64,000 bases of DNA, from NCBI GenBank assembly GCA_958009085.1, contig OY253683.1, positions 682,001 to 746,000 of the forward strand. The letters are read 5' to 3'. The notes beneath the pieces were generated by a model. It made no database searches. It was not told where the DNA came from and saw nothing but the letters and a program-made list of their open reading frames with translations. The position numbers were made by a program, and so were the translations under genes. This stretch comes from Protoeuglena noctilucae. Its lineage: Eukaryota. Of this stretch, positions 38,250 to 51,100 are shown in pieces; the first letter of the stretch is position 1; each line of letters opens with the position of its first letter.

Positions 38250-39324
38250 CTCTCTGCCTGACGCAACGCAGCGGCCCTGGGTCGGGCCGACGCTGCGCTT
38301 GTGGGTCCATCGACCGACCTCGGTCCGAGGGGAGCTGAGTCAGCTGAGTCGCGTCAGCAGGATAGGGTCGTCCCTGACGCAGTATGGGATGCCCTTAGGG
38401 CAGATACCCCACCCGACCGTCGCCCCCTCTCCGCCTTTCCACTTGCCCTGCGGAGCGATCCGCCACCCACCACCAGTACCACTGGATGAGTGGTTGAGTG
38501 AGTGCCGGGCCATTGCCATTGCCCGAGACTCTCTTTCTCTCTACATGCTACATGACCCTGTCCACACAGCGCGTGCACGCCTACTTGTGCGCGTCTCTGC
38601 GCCTCTTGCGCTTCTGCGCTCTTGCGCGCCCTTGCGCCGCGCCCCCCGTTGCGGCCCTTCCGCTCTCACGCCCGCCCCCTTTGCCAGGCGAGGTGCTCTC
38701 TAGGACCGCGTTTCGGTTCGAATCCCGCCGGCGCCGCGGGGTTTCCGCCCTTTCCGGCGGCTGCTGTTGAGGCAACCGCCACAGCGCCTGCTGATCTGTG
38801 CTGCGCCCACGAGGTTTGGCAGCTGCCCTTGAAGCCTGATCAAGCATGGAGTTGTAGTCGAATCATTACAAGTCTATTGATAACCAGGGTCACGACATGT
38901 TACCATCAGCTGTGTTATGAGATGAATTCAGAGCTCATCGTGCTGAGCTGCCACTCAGGGTCACAGCACTCGCTTCCAGCTGCCCCTCTTATTGTGCGTA
39001 ATCGCGATCGTGATTGTCCGTCTTTTGCAACATGGCTCGCACGGCTTTCAAAGTGGCCCGATCTGGCAGTAGCGCACCGCCAGTAGCGCGGGGCTCGCAT
39101 GACAAGAGCGCAGCGGATCACAGAACACACGACGGCCCGAGTGCCACGCGCCCACTTGACACAGGCCCGACTCAGACCGCACACCCGTCTAACCAAGACA
39201 GGCCAGACGCCACGGGTGCCACTGCACCCGGGCGCCCACCCTGCTACCCCACCGACGGGCACGCAGCTGGCCAGACCCAGGTCACGTGGCTCGCGTGAGC
39301 GACCCCGGTCCCCTCGACACCGTC

Positions 39325-41492
39325 TCACGCGCTGGGCGATGAGGCGGTGCTCGGGGCCGCGGAGGTGCCAGGAGCAGTCGAACCCGTGGTGGTCGTGGTC
39401 GTGGTGGTGGTCGTCGAGCCGCTGGTCGTCGTGGTCGTCGTGGGCGTGGGCTGGGGACCCTGTGAGTGGGGCGGGAGGGCGAGGGCGTTGCGGTGTAGTG
39501 ACGCGCTGTGGAGGGTTAGGGCAAGCCTGTAGGGCGTCATGGGTGGTAGGGACTGGCCAGAAAGATGGGATGCGATGGAGATCAAGTCAGGATGAACATG
39601 CTGTGATGAGGGAGGCTGGCCCAGCTGGCCCAGCCAGGCGTGCATGCTCACCGTCAGCGAGATGCGGTGGGAGTTGTTGAGGAGAGACCCCGCGTACTGC
39701 TGCCCGATGCTGCCGAGGAGACCCGAGGCAGAGTACTGCGACTGCTCCTGGGCGATCAGGGCCTGCGGGCGTGGCGAGGAGGGCAGTGAGGGTATGGCAT
39801 GTTGTGGCGGGCGGGACAACGAGGGCGAACGTGCGGGAATCGGGGCGGTGTAAGCGCAGAGCCATCCCATGACATCCCAGTTGCACGCAGCGTCATAGAT
39901 GATATGCACTCAGCATCACAGAGCTTCATGCTCCATGCGCCTGCTGCCCTCCCACCTGGAGCTTGGCGGTGATCTGGGCGACGGCCTGGGCCGGGTCAAA
40001 GGGCTGGCTCTTGTCGAAGGTGTAGAGCACCTCCGTGATGGGCGTGCCGAACTGCTTCTCGATCGCGCAGGCCTGCGGGGGAGCGGACGTCGCGAGAAAG
40101 GGTCAGACAGTCAGGCACCGTGAGTGTGTTGCTCATCGTCGCAACACACGCCCCATATCCACCGCCTCACCTTGGTCTGGTACTGGACGGGGGCGATGTA
40201 CTTGGACGAGTAGACAGCCGACAGCTTCAGGATCTCAACCTTGGGCTTCTCGCAAGCCAGGGAGAGGACCTGCGGGGGAACACAGCACGAGGTGCGTGAG
40301 GGTGCGGGACGGGCGATGCAAGCCGCGTCATGCGGCGTGGATCGCAAAGCCGATGCCCCGGGGTCCTGTGGAACCATTAAACATCTCAGTCAGGCTGGTA
40401 AGCAGAGGTATCGGGTGCGCGGGGAGGGCTACTGCGGGCTGAAAGGTCCACCTTGGTGGTCTCGTCGAAGACCAGGGCGCAGAGACCGGTGGTGACGAGC
40501 ATGGAGGCCGCCGGGCCGACGAAGGTGGGGGGGATGAGCGCGGGCTCCACGAACGCCGGCTCTGGGGTCGCGAGGCGGAGAGATGGGGAGATCAGCGCGT
40601 CGCCTCGGGCGCGCCCGCACTGGCGTGGCGGAGGCGCGCTGCAGGCACGTCGCAGGCCCACCACGCTCACCAGTGCAGTACTGGGCGATCAGGTCCTGCA
40701 GGTTGCCGCCGCTCCAGAGGCTGGAGGAGGAGAAGGCGCTGGAGGGCAGGCCCGTGAGGAAGCCCGCGCTGTTCGAGTTGGTGTTGGGGCCGAGCTGCGA
40801 GCGGACAGGCGATGGCGATTGACGCAAAATGATCCGGCGGACGCACGAGCGGCCCGGCACGCGCACGGTCGAGCGAACGCGGGCAGGGGGCAGGTGGCGT
40901 CGGCCCCCTCGCCCCCGCGCTGCGCCCGCCGCACCTACCGCCGCGCACCTGCCACCGCGCGACGTAGCGAACACTCACCATGGTCTGGAGCCCCTGCATG
41001 GCCTGCTGCATGTACTCCCCGTACGTCCAGGTGGTCGTGGTGGTCGAGGTCCCCGTCGGGGCGCCCGCGCCCCCGGTCGGGACCGGCCCGCCTGCGTTGA
41101 CACGGACGCGTGCCTCTAGTTACAAGGAAAGCAATGGCGATGGGCTGGCTGCTCGGGGAGGGCGGCGCGCGCTGCATCGAGGGCGGCCAGGCCCAGGCCG
41201 TGCAGACGCGCAATCAGTCCACAAGCAACGCTACCTCGCGCGTTCGCGCGCGAAAGAAGCCAGCTGTGGCGCGCACGAGAGATGCTGCAAGCCTTGGGCG
41301 CGCCAGGGAGTGGCTGCCGATTCGACTCGCTCCGGCCCCGCCGCCCGCCCCCCGGCGCCCAGCGCGCGCCAGCGCCTCACCGAGCGGGACCGTGTAGGTA
41401 GAAGACGACGGGGTGGACCCCGACTGGGCGACCGCCATCCCCACGACGGCGGCGAGCGCGCCGAGCGCCACCGCGGCCCTGCGCATGATCAT
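39325..41492 (-). CDS. Secreted Thr/Ser-rich putative cell-surface glycoprotein
   Basis: Signal peptide MIMRRAAVALGALAAVVGMAVA; Cys-containing core (AQYCT, GLCALV, LACEKPK, ACAIEK); poly-Thr tail ending SSPSA*. About 8 GT-AG-bounded exons. Confidence 0.72.
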
Positions 41493-42088
41493 GGCTCTCC
41501 CTGCGGCAGTCGGAACGCTAGCAAGCGACGAATGCGGTAGGATCGCGTCTGGGCGACTGACGGCTGCGACTCGCGCCCTTGTGGCGCGGCGTTCGACCTC
41601 GTCATGTCGTTTCCCTGCAGCTGGCAGCTGGCCTCGGCTGGCCCGCCTCGAATGGAACGACGGCGCGCAGCGCTGCGGCCAGTCGAGATCTTAGACTGCT
41701 AATCGCGCCGCAATCCGGGTCCCGACCCACACTGCGGCTCGCCGCACTGCATCACAGCGGCACGGACGCGACTCATCCAGTCCCTCCGCGCCTGCCGCGA
41801 GCCGTGCGGCCCCCGCTGTAGCGACGTTTGATATCATTCAATGCGAAACGTCAGCAGGCCGCTCCGCCATGCATCAAGACCTCAGGGGGACGCCCCAAGG
41901 AGCCAATGCCCGAAAAGGCACACGCATCCGAGCCACCGCGGGCCCCCACAGCCCACGCAGCTAGCGCGATGTCGCAACTACGGAACCGCACGCGCGCCGC
42001 GTCCCGGTCCCACCCCTCCGCCCGCTCCCATCGCGACCCTGCGCGCCCCGTCGCGACGCAGGCGCCGCGCACCGCAGGCTCTGCCTGC

Positions 42089-44679
42089 TTAGTAGACCTC
42101 CACCCTCCAGCGCCCCGCCTCCTTGATCTCGGTGAAGAACTTCTCCCAGTCCATGCCCTTCTCCTTGGCCACGCGCTCCAGCGTCTCCTGGACGAGCACA
42201 TAGGCGCACCGCACGTGAGATGAGGGACTGGCTGACCACAGCTGAGCCTCTCAAGCAGACCAGGAGGCCCAGATCAGAAGGGCAAGCGGGGCCGGCGACA
42301 AATTCAAGCGCCGACCGCAAACAAAGGGACCTGGCAGCCTGGCTGCCCTTTGCAACGCGACCAGCGTTGCACCGCCTGCCAGTCACCTGGATGCCGGGCA
42401 TCATGCCCTTGAGGCCGCAGAAGTAGATGTAGGCGCCGTTCTCGAGGAGGTCAAAGATCTCGTCGGAGTACTCGGCGAGCTTGTCCTGCAAGTGGGAGTG
42501 AGGGGTGGGGCACTGAGACATGGGCCAGTGCATGATGCGGCATGGGCAGCTGGGATGTGGGCAGCGGAGGAAAGCAGTGGTGCAGTTGACATATGCAGCG
42601 GAGGATGAGCCGCAGGCCAGTGGAGCCCGCTACATCGCCGCCACGCGCCCCACGCGCAACACGCACGCTCCCTCCGCCTCTGCCCCGCCTCTCGCCTGGA
42701 TGTACATCTTGCCGCCGTCCTTGTTCTTCATCTCGCGCGACAGGGCGTAGTCGCAGCGGAAGTTGTCGGGGTAGGTGGCGAGGATCTCGTTGATCTCGTT
42801 GTCGTACAGCGTGGCGTCGCGGTTGGCCACGCCCATGAAGAGCCACGCCAGGCCCGTGAACTTGTAGTTGGGCACGTCCTCAAAGAACATGCGGCGCCAG
42901 AAGGAGCTGGGAGACACGAGGGCGGGTGGGGTGTGGGTGGGGCGCGACGGAGCGGCCAAGGGAGGGAAGGTGCTTAGGAGCCAGCACAGCGGGGCTGGAG
43001 CAAGGGCGGGGCGGCAGTGCCAGTGTTACAAATGCGCTGACATGCCATTCTGTCGAACAGAGTGACCCTAAGGGTCCCTCGCCCACCCTTCAGTCCCTGC
43101 CCTCACCGGAAGGGGGCGATGCCCGTGCCCGTGGCGACCATGATGACGGCCGCGTTGGGGTCCTCAGGCATGAGGAGGATCTTGCCCGTGGGGCCCGTCA
43201 TGAGGATCTCGGTGCCGGGCTTGGCGTCGCAGAGGAAGTTGGAGCAGATGCCCTTCTTGGCGGGGTCCTCCTTGCCCGTCTCGGGGTCGGTGTAGGTGGC
43301 GCGGCGCACGCACAGCGTCGTCGTCTTGCCGTCGAACGCGTCGCCGTAGCGGGACGCGGCGATCGAGTACAGGCGCACGCCGTGGGGGACCTGCGGCGGT
43401 GCAGCATCAGGGGCCAGGTGGTGCGGGGTGGGTGGCGCGGAGTGGCACCTGCAGGGTGGCGACGGGTCGCCTGCCGACGGAGCGAACAGTAGCACGAGTC
43501 GTGGCGAGAAAGCGACGCTCGCGCCAGGTGGGGAGCTTGAGGGCGAGCTGTTGGGCACCCAAGGCCACCGCACCTCTCACGAGGTCGCCAGCGTCGTAAA
43601 TCTGGTAGAGCTCGCTTTCCGGGCAATCGACAGGCGCGGAAAGCATGCTCTACCGGATCTACAACGCAGACGACCTCGCGAGAAGTGGGGGCGTGGCCTT
43701 GGGTGCGAGGGGCTCACTGCAGGGAGGCAAGCTCACGGCATCCAAGTGAAATCCCGCCCAGGCCGGTCACCTCCTTGCCCTTCGAGTTGATCTTGGTGCC
43801 CGGCGGGATCACACCGTACGACTGCCCCTCGACGTACGGGATGTCGCCGAACGTCTCCACGATGATGTTGCACACCTCACCCGCCGCCTTGGGGCCCACA
43901 ATGCGCTCCACCGACCTGCGCGCCGGGCGATGGAGGCGCAGTCACGCGAAATGCCATCGGGCGGACCGGGGCCGGGATCGGGGCAGCGAGCGCCGCGGCG
44001 GGGCGGGCACGAGGCCCACCGCCCATTCCCTCACTTGACCCGGGCCTTGAAGGGGGCCTTGCTGTTGAAGGTGTTCATCGGCAGGTTGTCCATGTTGTTG
44101 AACTCCTCGAGCTTGGTCGGCACCGGCTTGCGCGAGATCTTCTGCGCCTGCGCAGCGGCCTTCACGGCCGCGCGCCGGGGCAGGCGGATCGCCGGGCGCG
44201 CGGCGAACGGCTGCGGGCAGGGCGGCGATCAGCTGCGAGTCGGCAACGTGCGCTATCGGAGGAGACTGTCCCAGACGCCCGGAGCCCTCGCAGGCGGGGG
44301 GCTGGGCTGGATTCTGCCCCTCGTGGCCGACGGCCGCTCCGGGGGCGGAAGGCGGGACCGATTTCGCTCCAGCCGTCGGAAAGAGATTCTTCCGCAATGG
44401 GGCCCCCCGCTCGCCCACCCGGGCCCCGGGCGGGCGGCGCGGGCCCGACGCCCCTCGAGGCCCCAAGTTCGCCCATGAGCGCGGGGGGCTCGTCCGTCGG
44501 GCGCGCATCCGTCGCCCTCGCACGGATAGCGCATTTCAAAGCCCCGGAATCGGTGCGGGGGCCCCCGCCGCGGCCCCGTCGGCGCCCGGCGCGCCATGTC
44601 GCCCCACCTGGCGGTTGCCAGCCGTCCCCTGCGCCGCGACATGCGCGGAGGTCGAGAGAGCGGCAGCGCACGCGGCCAT
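42089..44679 (-). CDS. FNR: Plastid ferredoxin-NADP+ reductase
   Basis: Transit peptide, [62 protein letters not shown] and C-terminal WRVEVY*. Confidence 0.98.
43555..43706 (-). repeat. Imperfect inverted repeat (hairpin) inside an FNR intron
   Basis: Arms 43555-43620 and 43638-43706 are reverse complements with a few substitutions and a short indel; the loop is 17 nt. Confidence 0.9.
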
Positions 44680-45184
44680 CTTTTCCTACGCGACCCGAGG
44701 GAGTCCACCCGATGCATACATGGAGCGCCCAACGAGCAAGGCGCGACAGATAAATCGCCTTGACACCGCTGACACTGGCAGCCCGGCCGGCACCGGATCG
44801 GCCCCTCAGGGATAGAAATTGATGTACAGAGAAAACATGTGGCAGCTGGCGATCGCTCCAAGGACGCTGGGTGCGACTGCGCTGGTGGCTCCACGCGTCA
44901 ATCGGGCAGGAAAGCAGCCTTTCTTGCACGCATTTGATGCAGCAACACGCACGGTTTACGGGGTGTGGGCATCGCGCACCCGGCCCCCCCTTGCTGAGTG
45001 TGCCAGGCACCGCTGTGCTGCAGCTGCCCCTTTAGAGGCCAGGTCGCGCGAGTACGCCCGCAGTCTCATCGGTCGAACTTGGCACGTAAAGTAGGAACAC
45101 AGCACTGCGTGAACACAAACATTTTCCACAAATCTTGCTCGGGGCCAGGGACAGGAGGGCAGCAGGGCGGTGCAGCGTGGCGAG

Positions 45185-48100
45185 ATGTCGACCGCCCTCG
45201 CGCAGCAGCTTCACCAGCTGCAGGTCGCGCGGGCGACATCGGACCATCGGCCGCGGGGGAAGCCGTCGCTCGTCTTCACGCCTCAGGAAGCGGCCGACCT
45301 CGACGCCGAGGTGGGGCGTGCCAGGGTCATGAAGGACGCGTTTTCATTTATCTTTCGATTGTGTAGCTGCAGTTGGTGGTGGCGAGCTGACATGTGACGG
45401 CGGCTGTGGACCCGGCCGCCGCGCGAACGGCCCGGCCGGCGTGCGGGCGGGTGCGCCCCGCACCGTCGCGAGGCTGCGACGTTATAGTTGCCGCGAGCCT
45501 GTTCAGCGACGTGCATAATGTATGTGATACCTTGGCAGTGTCGCGTGCTCCTGGGACGGCAGGAGCCGGCGCGAGGGGCGCCCCAAACCCGTTGTGCCGC
45601 AGACCATCCTTGAGCTCGCCACGCACGGCCTGCAGCAGCTCCTTCGCCTCGATGGAAGATTTCAGCGCTTTCAGAGCACCCTCTTCGCGCCAGCCACGAC
45701 CGCCCTCGACCGGTGAGCCGCCCGTGCGCCGGGAGACAGTGCTCGGCAGCCCGCCGCGTCCCCGGGGGCCCATGACCGCGCCCGCTGCCCGGCTGCAGGT
45801 CACAGCTGACGAGGGAGGAGAATGAGTCGAAGGATGTGGAAATCGGCGCATTCCTCCTGGCACTCGCGCCGCACTTCCTGCATCCTGCGGCCTTCAAGGT
45901 CCTGGAGTACCTCGTCCGCGTCTACAGGTGCCCGCCGCGCGCCCGCATTAGTGCGATAACCTCGATTAGTATCTGCTCCGCGCATCACCGGCCCCCTCTA
46001 CCATTCCCGCAGCGCGCACGAGCGCAACGTGGGCGCGTTGGTCTCCACGTTCCTCCCGTTCCACCAGACGCCGGAGTTTGTGCGCGTCGTGCAGCTATGC
46101 CACCTCGAGGGGTCCATATGGTCGTTTCTCAAGGGCATGCACTCCACCGGCGCGACGCTCCCGCGCGCGGCACTTGTCGACCGCTGCGTCCGCGACCGGG
46201 CCGTCCTGGACGCCGTCTGCGCCGCTGCGCAGGTGAGGCGGGCAGTTGCGACTCTATCCGCCGCAACCCTTGCGATGACTTGAGCTCCTGGCTCGCTGGC
46301 GGCATGATGCGACCTGCACCTGCTAATAGCCGGGGCGCCTCCTTTGCCACGGCCTCTCGGTTACAAAGGGTGCAAGAGAACTCCGCTGCGCTCCTGCATC
46401 CTGACCCGGGCCGGCCGCGCGAGCCTCTCGGGTCCTTCGGGGCAGCTGGCACATCCTGCAGCACTCATCATGCGGCGTCCACTCCACCCCGTCACACCTG
46501 CCTCCTCCCCTCTCCTTCTCAGGCCCAAGGCCGCCCCGACTGCAACTCGGCCCTGTTCCAGTCATTTTTCGCCGTTCTGCTCGCCGAGGTCATCGCGACT
46601 GCACCACGCATGGGCGAGGACGCCATCCAAGCCCTCGTGCCCGTCCTGACTCAGGGTCTCTCCCGGGAGTCTTCCGAAGATCACAGGGCCGCGTGCTTCG
46701 TCGCGTTCGGGGCGCTGTGCAGCCGAGTGCCGCTGGAGCCGTCAGTGGCGGGGGCGCTGCTGGCAGCGGCATGCGCGGGGGCCGGTGCGGCTTTGGCTCC
46801 GCAGGCGGCCATGCTGGCTTGCGTGGTGGCGCACACGCAGCGTGGCATGCGGGAGCTCCCGGACCCCGCGTTCCGGGCTCTGGTGCGCCTGCCTGGCTTT
46901 GCAACGGAGCTGGCGGGGCTGGCCAAGAGGGGCGCCAATGTGGCGGAGCTGGTGGGGCTGCTGACGCCCGCGTTGGTGCGGGGGGCCGTGCAGCGCCACG
47001 AATGCCAAACGCTGGTGAGAGGGCGGCGCAAGAGGGTGTGCAATGCTTAGCAGTGACTAGTATGCGAATTGGAGATCTGGGGTGTGCAGTGCATTGCACT
47101 TTGTGCCTGTGAAGTGTGCCACATTACTGACGTGTATTCACTTTCCCTTCGCTCTCCCGCTCACTCTTTCGCTCTTACCCATCCCCTCTACTGCCATCAC
47201 CGCCCTGCCACCCTTTCTCCCCCGCAGCTGCGCGACATCATCGACGCCCTGCCCCTGCCCCCCGCCCAAGCGACCGACCTGGCCTGGCAGCTCCTCTCCG
47301 CGGCCGCCGACGCCGCCCAGTCAGATGCGCGTGCCATCGACACCACAGGCGCCCTCGCCTCTCTGGTATGGGCCATGGATCGTCGGCACCCTGACGCGCT
47401 AGACCAAGCCATCACGCGCGCCCTGCGGGGGCAAGCCGGGGCCAAGGGCCGGGCCAGCACGGACGCCCCCGACGCATCCGACTCTGGCACCGACTCTGAC
47501 ACCGAGTCTGACAGCGACGTGGGGCCCGGGGCAGGGGTTGGTGGGGTGGGTCAGGCAAAAGCCGACGGCGGGGCGCTCCCAGCCGCCGCCGCGGCGCAGG
47601 TGTCATCGTTTCTGACGGCGGCTTTGTCAGGGTCACCCCGTGCTCCGTTGGCGGGCAGCCACGTGACGTTGGCGCAGGCGGCGGACGGTCCTAACGCGGA
47701 GTTGCGGAGGCGGGCGATGGTGGCTTTGGACGAGGCTGCTCGCGATGGCAAGGGTGGTAACGAGGACGGTGCCAAGGGTGGCGATAGGGGCGGTGACGGT
47801 AGGACCGACGGTGTCCACTTGCCCGCCTATGTCTCTGCCTTGGTTCTTCGTCGCATTCGGGACGACGACCCCGCGGTGGTGATCGCGGCGCTATCCACAA
47901 ACGCCTGCGCGTCGCTGCCGGCGGCGTCGCTGGGGCCGGAGGTTGAGTCGGCCCTTCGCATGCGCCTGTCTGCCGCGATCACACGCAAGCCCGGCAAGGG
48001 TGCCAACGTGGACGGGTGGCGAGGGGCGTGCAAACGCATGGTCAAGGCGCTGGGGCGGGCCGTGCGTGAGGCGGTGGCGGAGAGTGGGGTTGGGGCGGCG

Positions 48101-51100
48101 GAGCGCGACTGGGTGCAGAGCGTGGTGGGGTGCTTGATGGGTGTGATGGGGGCGGAGGGGGGCTCATCGGCGAGGAAATTGGCGGTGGCGGCGGCAGAAG
48201 CGTGCGCGGGGACGGGGCTGCCGGTGTTTGGGGGGCTGCGGGGCGTGGGGGAGAGGTGAGGGGCTGCGGTGGTCTTGTCGTCGGCTGGCCTGGCGGTGTG
48301 GGTGAGAGGGCTCTCAACTGTGTCGGGGGAGCATGGAAGCATGTTAGGTCTTCAGCATCTTTACAGCGCTTAGTACCCTTGTCTGTAATGCCATCTAATA
48401 TGTCTCGTATCTCGTCCTCCCAGGTACGAGGCCATGCGGTCCGCCAAGTCCGGGGACGGGGAGCCGGGGTCGTCCGGCAAGGCGCCCAAGCGGGAGAAAG
48501 GGGAGAAGAAGAAAGGCAAGAAGTCCAAGGAACGTGCTGTGGCTGAGGACGCGGGTGGCGAGAAGGGGCGTAAGGGGGCGGTGGGGGACAGCGACAGCGA
48601 TGGCACGTCGGTGGGGGCGGTGATCGCGGAAGGGATCGCAAGCGGCGTCGTGGCGGATCCCGAAGGAGGCGCGGCGCTGCTGAGCCGCGCAGCGGGGCGC
48701 GGGGGTGCGCGCGCGGCAGCAGTGGCGGCGGGGGCGCTGGCGGTGGCAGCGGAGCGGCTGCCGGCGGGGGCTGCCGTGCGCGCATCGTGCCTCAGCGCAG
48801 CGGCGGAGGCCGTGCGCGGCAAGTGGGGCGTCATGGAGTGGCTGGGCCGCGAGGACCGCCCGGCCCCCCACGCCGCTGGATCTGACGTTTCATTGCCTGA
48901 CCCCGGTGCTGCCGCGGCCCTCTCCTCGGCCCTCTCGCGTTGCCTGCGGGCCTGCGAGGACGGTGAATCGCTGCGATCCTCTGTATCCACTCGTCTCCTC
49001 GTCTTTACGGAGTGCGCCGCGTTTGGGGGCACGGACGCGCTGCTGCGGGACGCCAGTCGCGTTTCTGGCACCAGACCCTCCCCGCTTTCGGCCCTGGGGT
49101 TCCTCACCGCCGTGGCGGGACTGGCGCCGGGAGATGGGCTTGCACCTGGTGCGGACGGGACTGGTATTGCCAACAATGGTGATGGGTTGCCTGGGTTCGT
49201 GCGTGCACGTGCTCTGGTGCTGGCAGTCGAGGCGGTGCGGGCTTGCCCCAACTGGGCTTCGCAAGGTGGCAATAGCGACGGTGACATGACGGGCGTTAGT
49301 GGGGCGCGGCTGCTGGCTAGGGTGCTGGGTGCGCTTGCAGACGACGATCGCGGTGTGAGGGCGTCGGCGGTGGGGTTGCTCGAGGCGATGGCGACCGGGG
49401 CTGGGACTGAGAAGGACGGTCCGGGTGCGGAGGCGGCGGTGCGTGGCTTGGCAAGGATGTTGGCTGCGGAGGCGCGTGGCATGGCAGGCGATGGGGCGGC
49501 GGTGGTGGCGAGCCTGCGGCGAGCCCTGGCGATGGAAGGCGGGCAGGGGAAGAAGAGAAAGGGTTTGTCTGGGGAGGACCGGAAGGCGACGGTCGGCGTT
49601 CTGGCAGACGCGCTGAGTCAGGTGCCAGAGACGGCGTCAGACGCGGCGGGGGCGCGGGCGGTGCTTGCGGCGATGGTGGGGGACGGCGGGGCGGAGGCGG
49701 GGGCGGGTGCGGCGCGGGCGTCGGTGCTGGGGGCGTGCGCGGGGGTGGCTGCGTGCGTGGACCTGGCGGGCAGGGCTGGGAGCGACGGGCGGGTGGCAAG
49801 TGCAGCTGGGCCCCTCACGCTGTCCTGGGCAACTGCCTCTGGGTCGGCGCGGCTGGCGAGCTACTGCATAGCGATGCTTGGATCGCTGGCCGAGTACGGT
49901 GACGGTGGGACTGGGGCGGAGTGGGACGGGGAGGTGGCAGCGGCGGGGGTGCGAGCGGTGCTGGCGGGGCTGCGTGCAGGGCTGGGAGCGAAGGGCGCAG
50001 GGGTGGGTGGTGACGCAGACACTGTGACGCCGAGTGCCGATGAAGTGGTTGTGACGCCAAGTGGCGATGCGGGAGCCAAGGCAGTGGCGTCAGCGCTGGG
50101 TGACGTGCGGGCGGCGGCGGCTGCGGCCGTGACACCCCCGCTGTTCGCGGCGCTGCCCGAGGAGCAGCGGCACAAGGTGCTGTGCGCGCTGCTGCGGAGT
50201 GCGACGACGGACTGGCACGATGCGGGTGCGAGGGGCGCCCGGCACGCTTTGTCCCGCGTTCCCTTGCGTGCTTCGGACGTCATCGGTCTCATGAGGCGCG
50301 CCCTGGGAGGGTCAGGGTCAGCTGGGGTTGAATCGACTCGGGCGACCAAGCGCGGGCGGAGAGGGGCGGCGGAGGGGGCAAGTGGGTCGGGGGTGGGGTA
50401 CGAGGCAGCAGTGCGGTCACGGGCTGGGATGGAGGCGCTGATTGGGGCTCTGGAGGTGCTGCAGGGTGCGGAGAGGGTGGAGGGCGAGGCGGAGGTGGTG
50501 AGGGAGGTGTGCGAGGTGCTGACCGCAGTGCTGGGGGCGTGGGGTGCGGGGGGTGGGGACGGGGAGGGTGGCGTGGGCGTCGCGGTGGGGATGGGTCCCT
50601 ACGCAGCGCAGCTGGCATTGCAGGCGCTGCGGGGCGCGGTGGAGCGTGGGGGCGAGGCGGGTGCGAGGGTGGATGTGGCGGTGGCGGTGGCGGCGGCGAG
50701 AGGTGCTATGGACCCTGCCACTCGCAATGCGGCATTGGAGTTGCTGGGGGCACTGGCGCGCGCGAGGCCCGAGGACACCCTGGGGCATACCCTGGAGGTG
50801 AGAGAGGGTGAAGTGGGTTACTATATGAACTATATATACTATATAGCTCAGTTATCCAATTAATGTCTCTGCCTCTCCGTGCTTACTGTGACTGCCACTC
50901 CGCACCTTCTGTTCTCATCGTCTCTCCATCTGCAACATCGCCTCTGCCCTTACTCCCCCGCAGGTGCTGTCCGTAGTGGGTGCGTCCGCCCAAGCGACTG
51001 ACGACAGCCACTCGCACGCCGTGGCGGCCGCGGCACTGAGGGCCCTGGCACCCGCGTGGGTGGCGTCTGGCAGGAGCATGGGGGACCTGGTGGGGGCGAT

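Noticed and set aside
43555..43706. TPP riboswitch or rho-independent terminator
   Set aside because: It lacks the TPP aptamer core, FNR is not a thiamine gene, and bacterial terminators do not apply; kept only as a hairpin.
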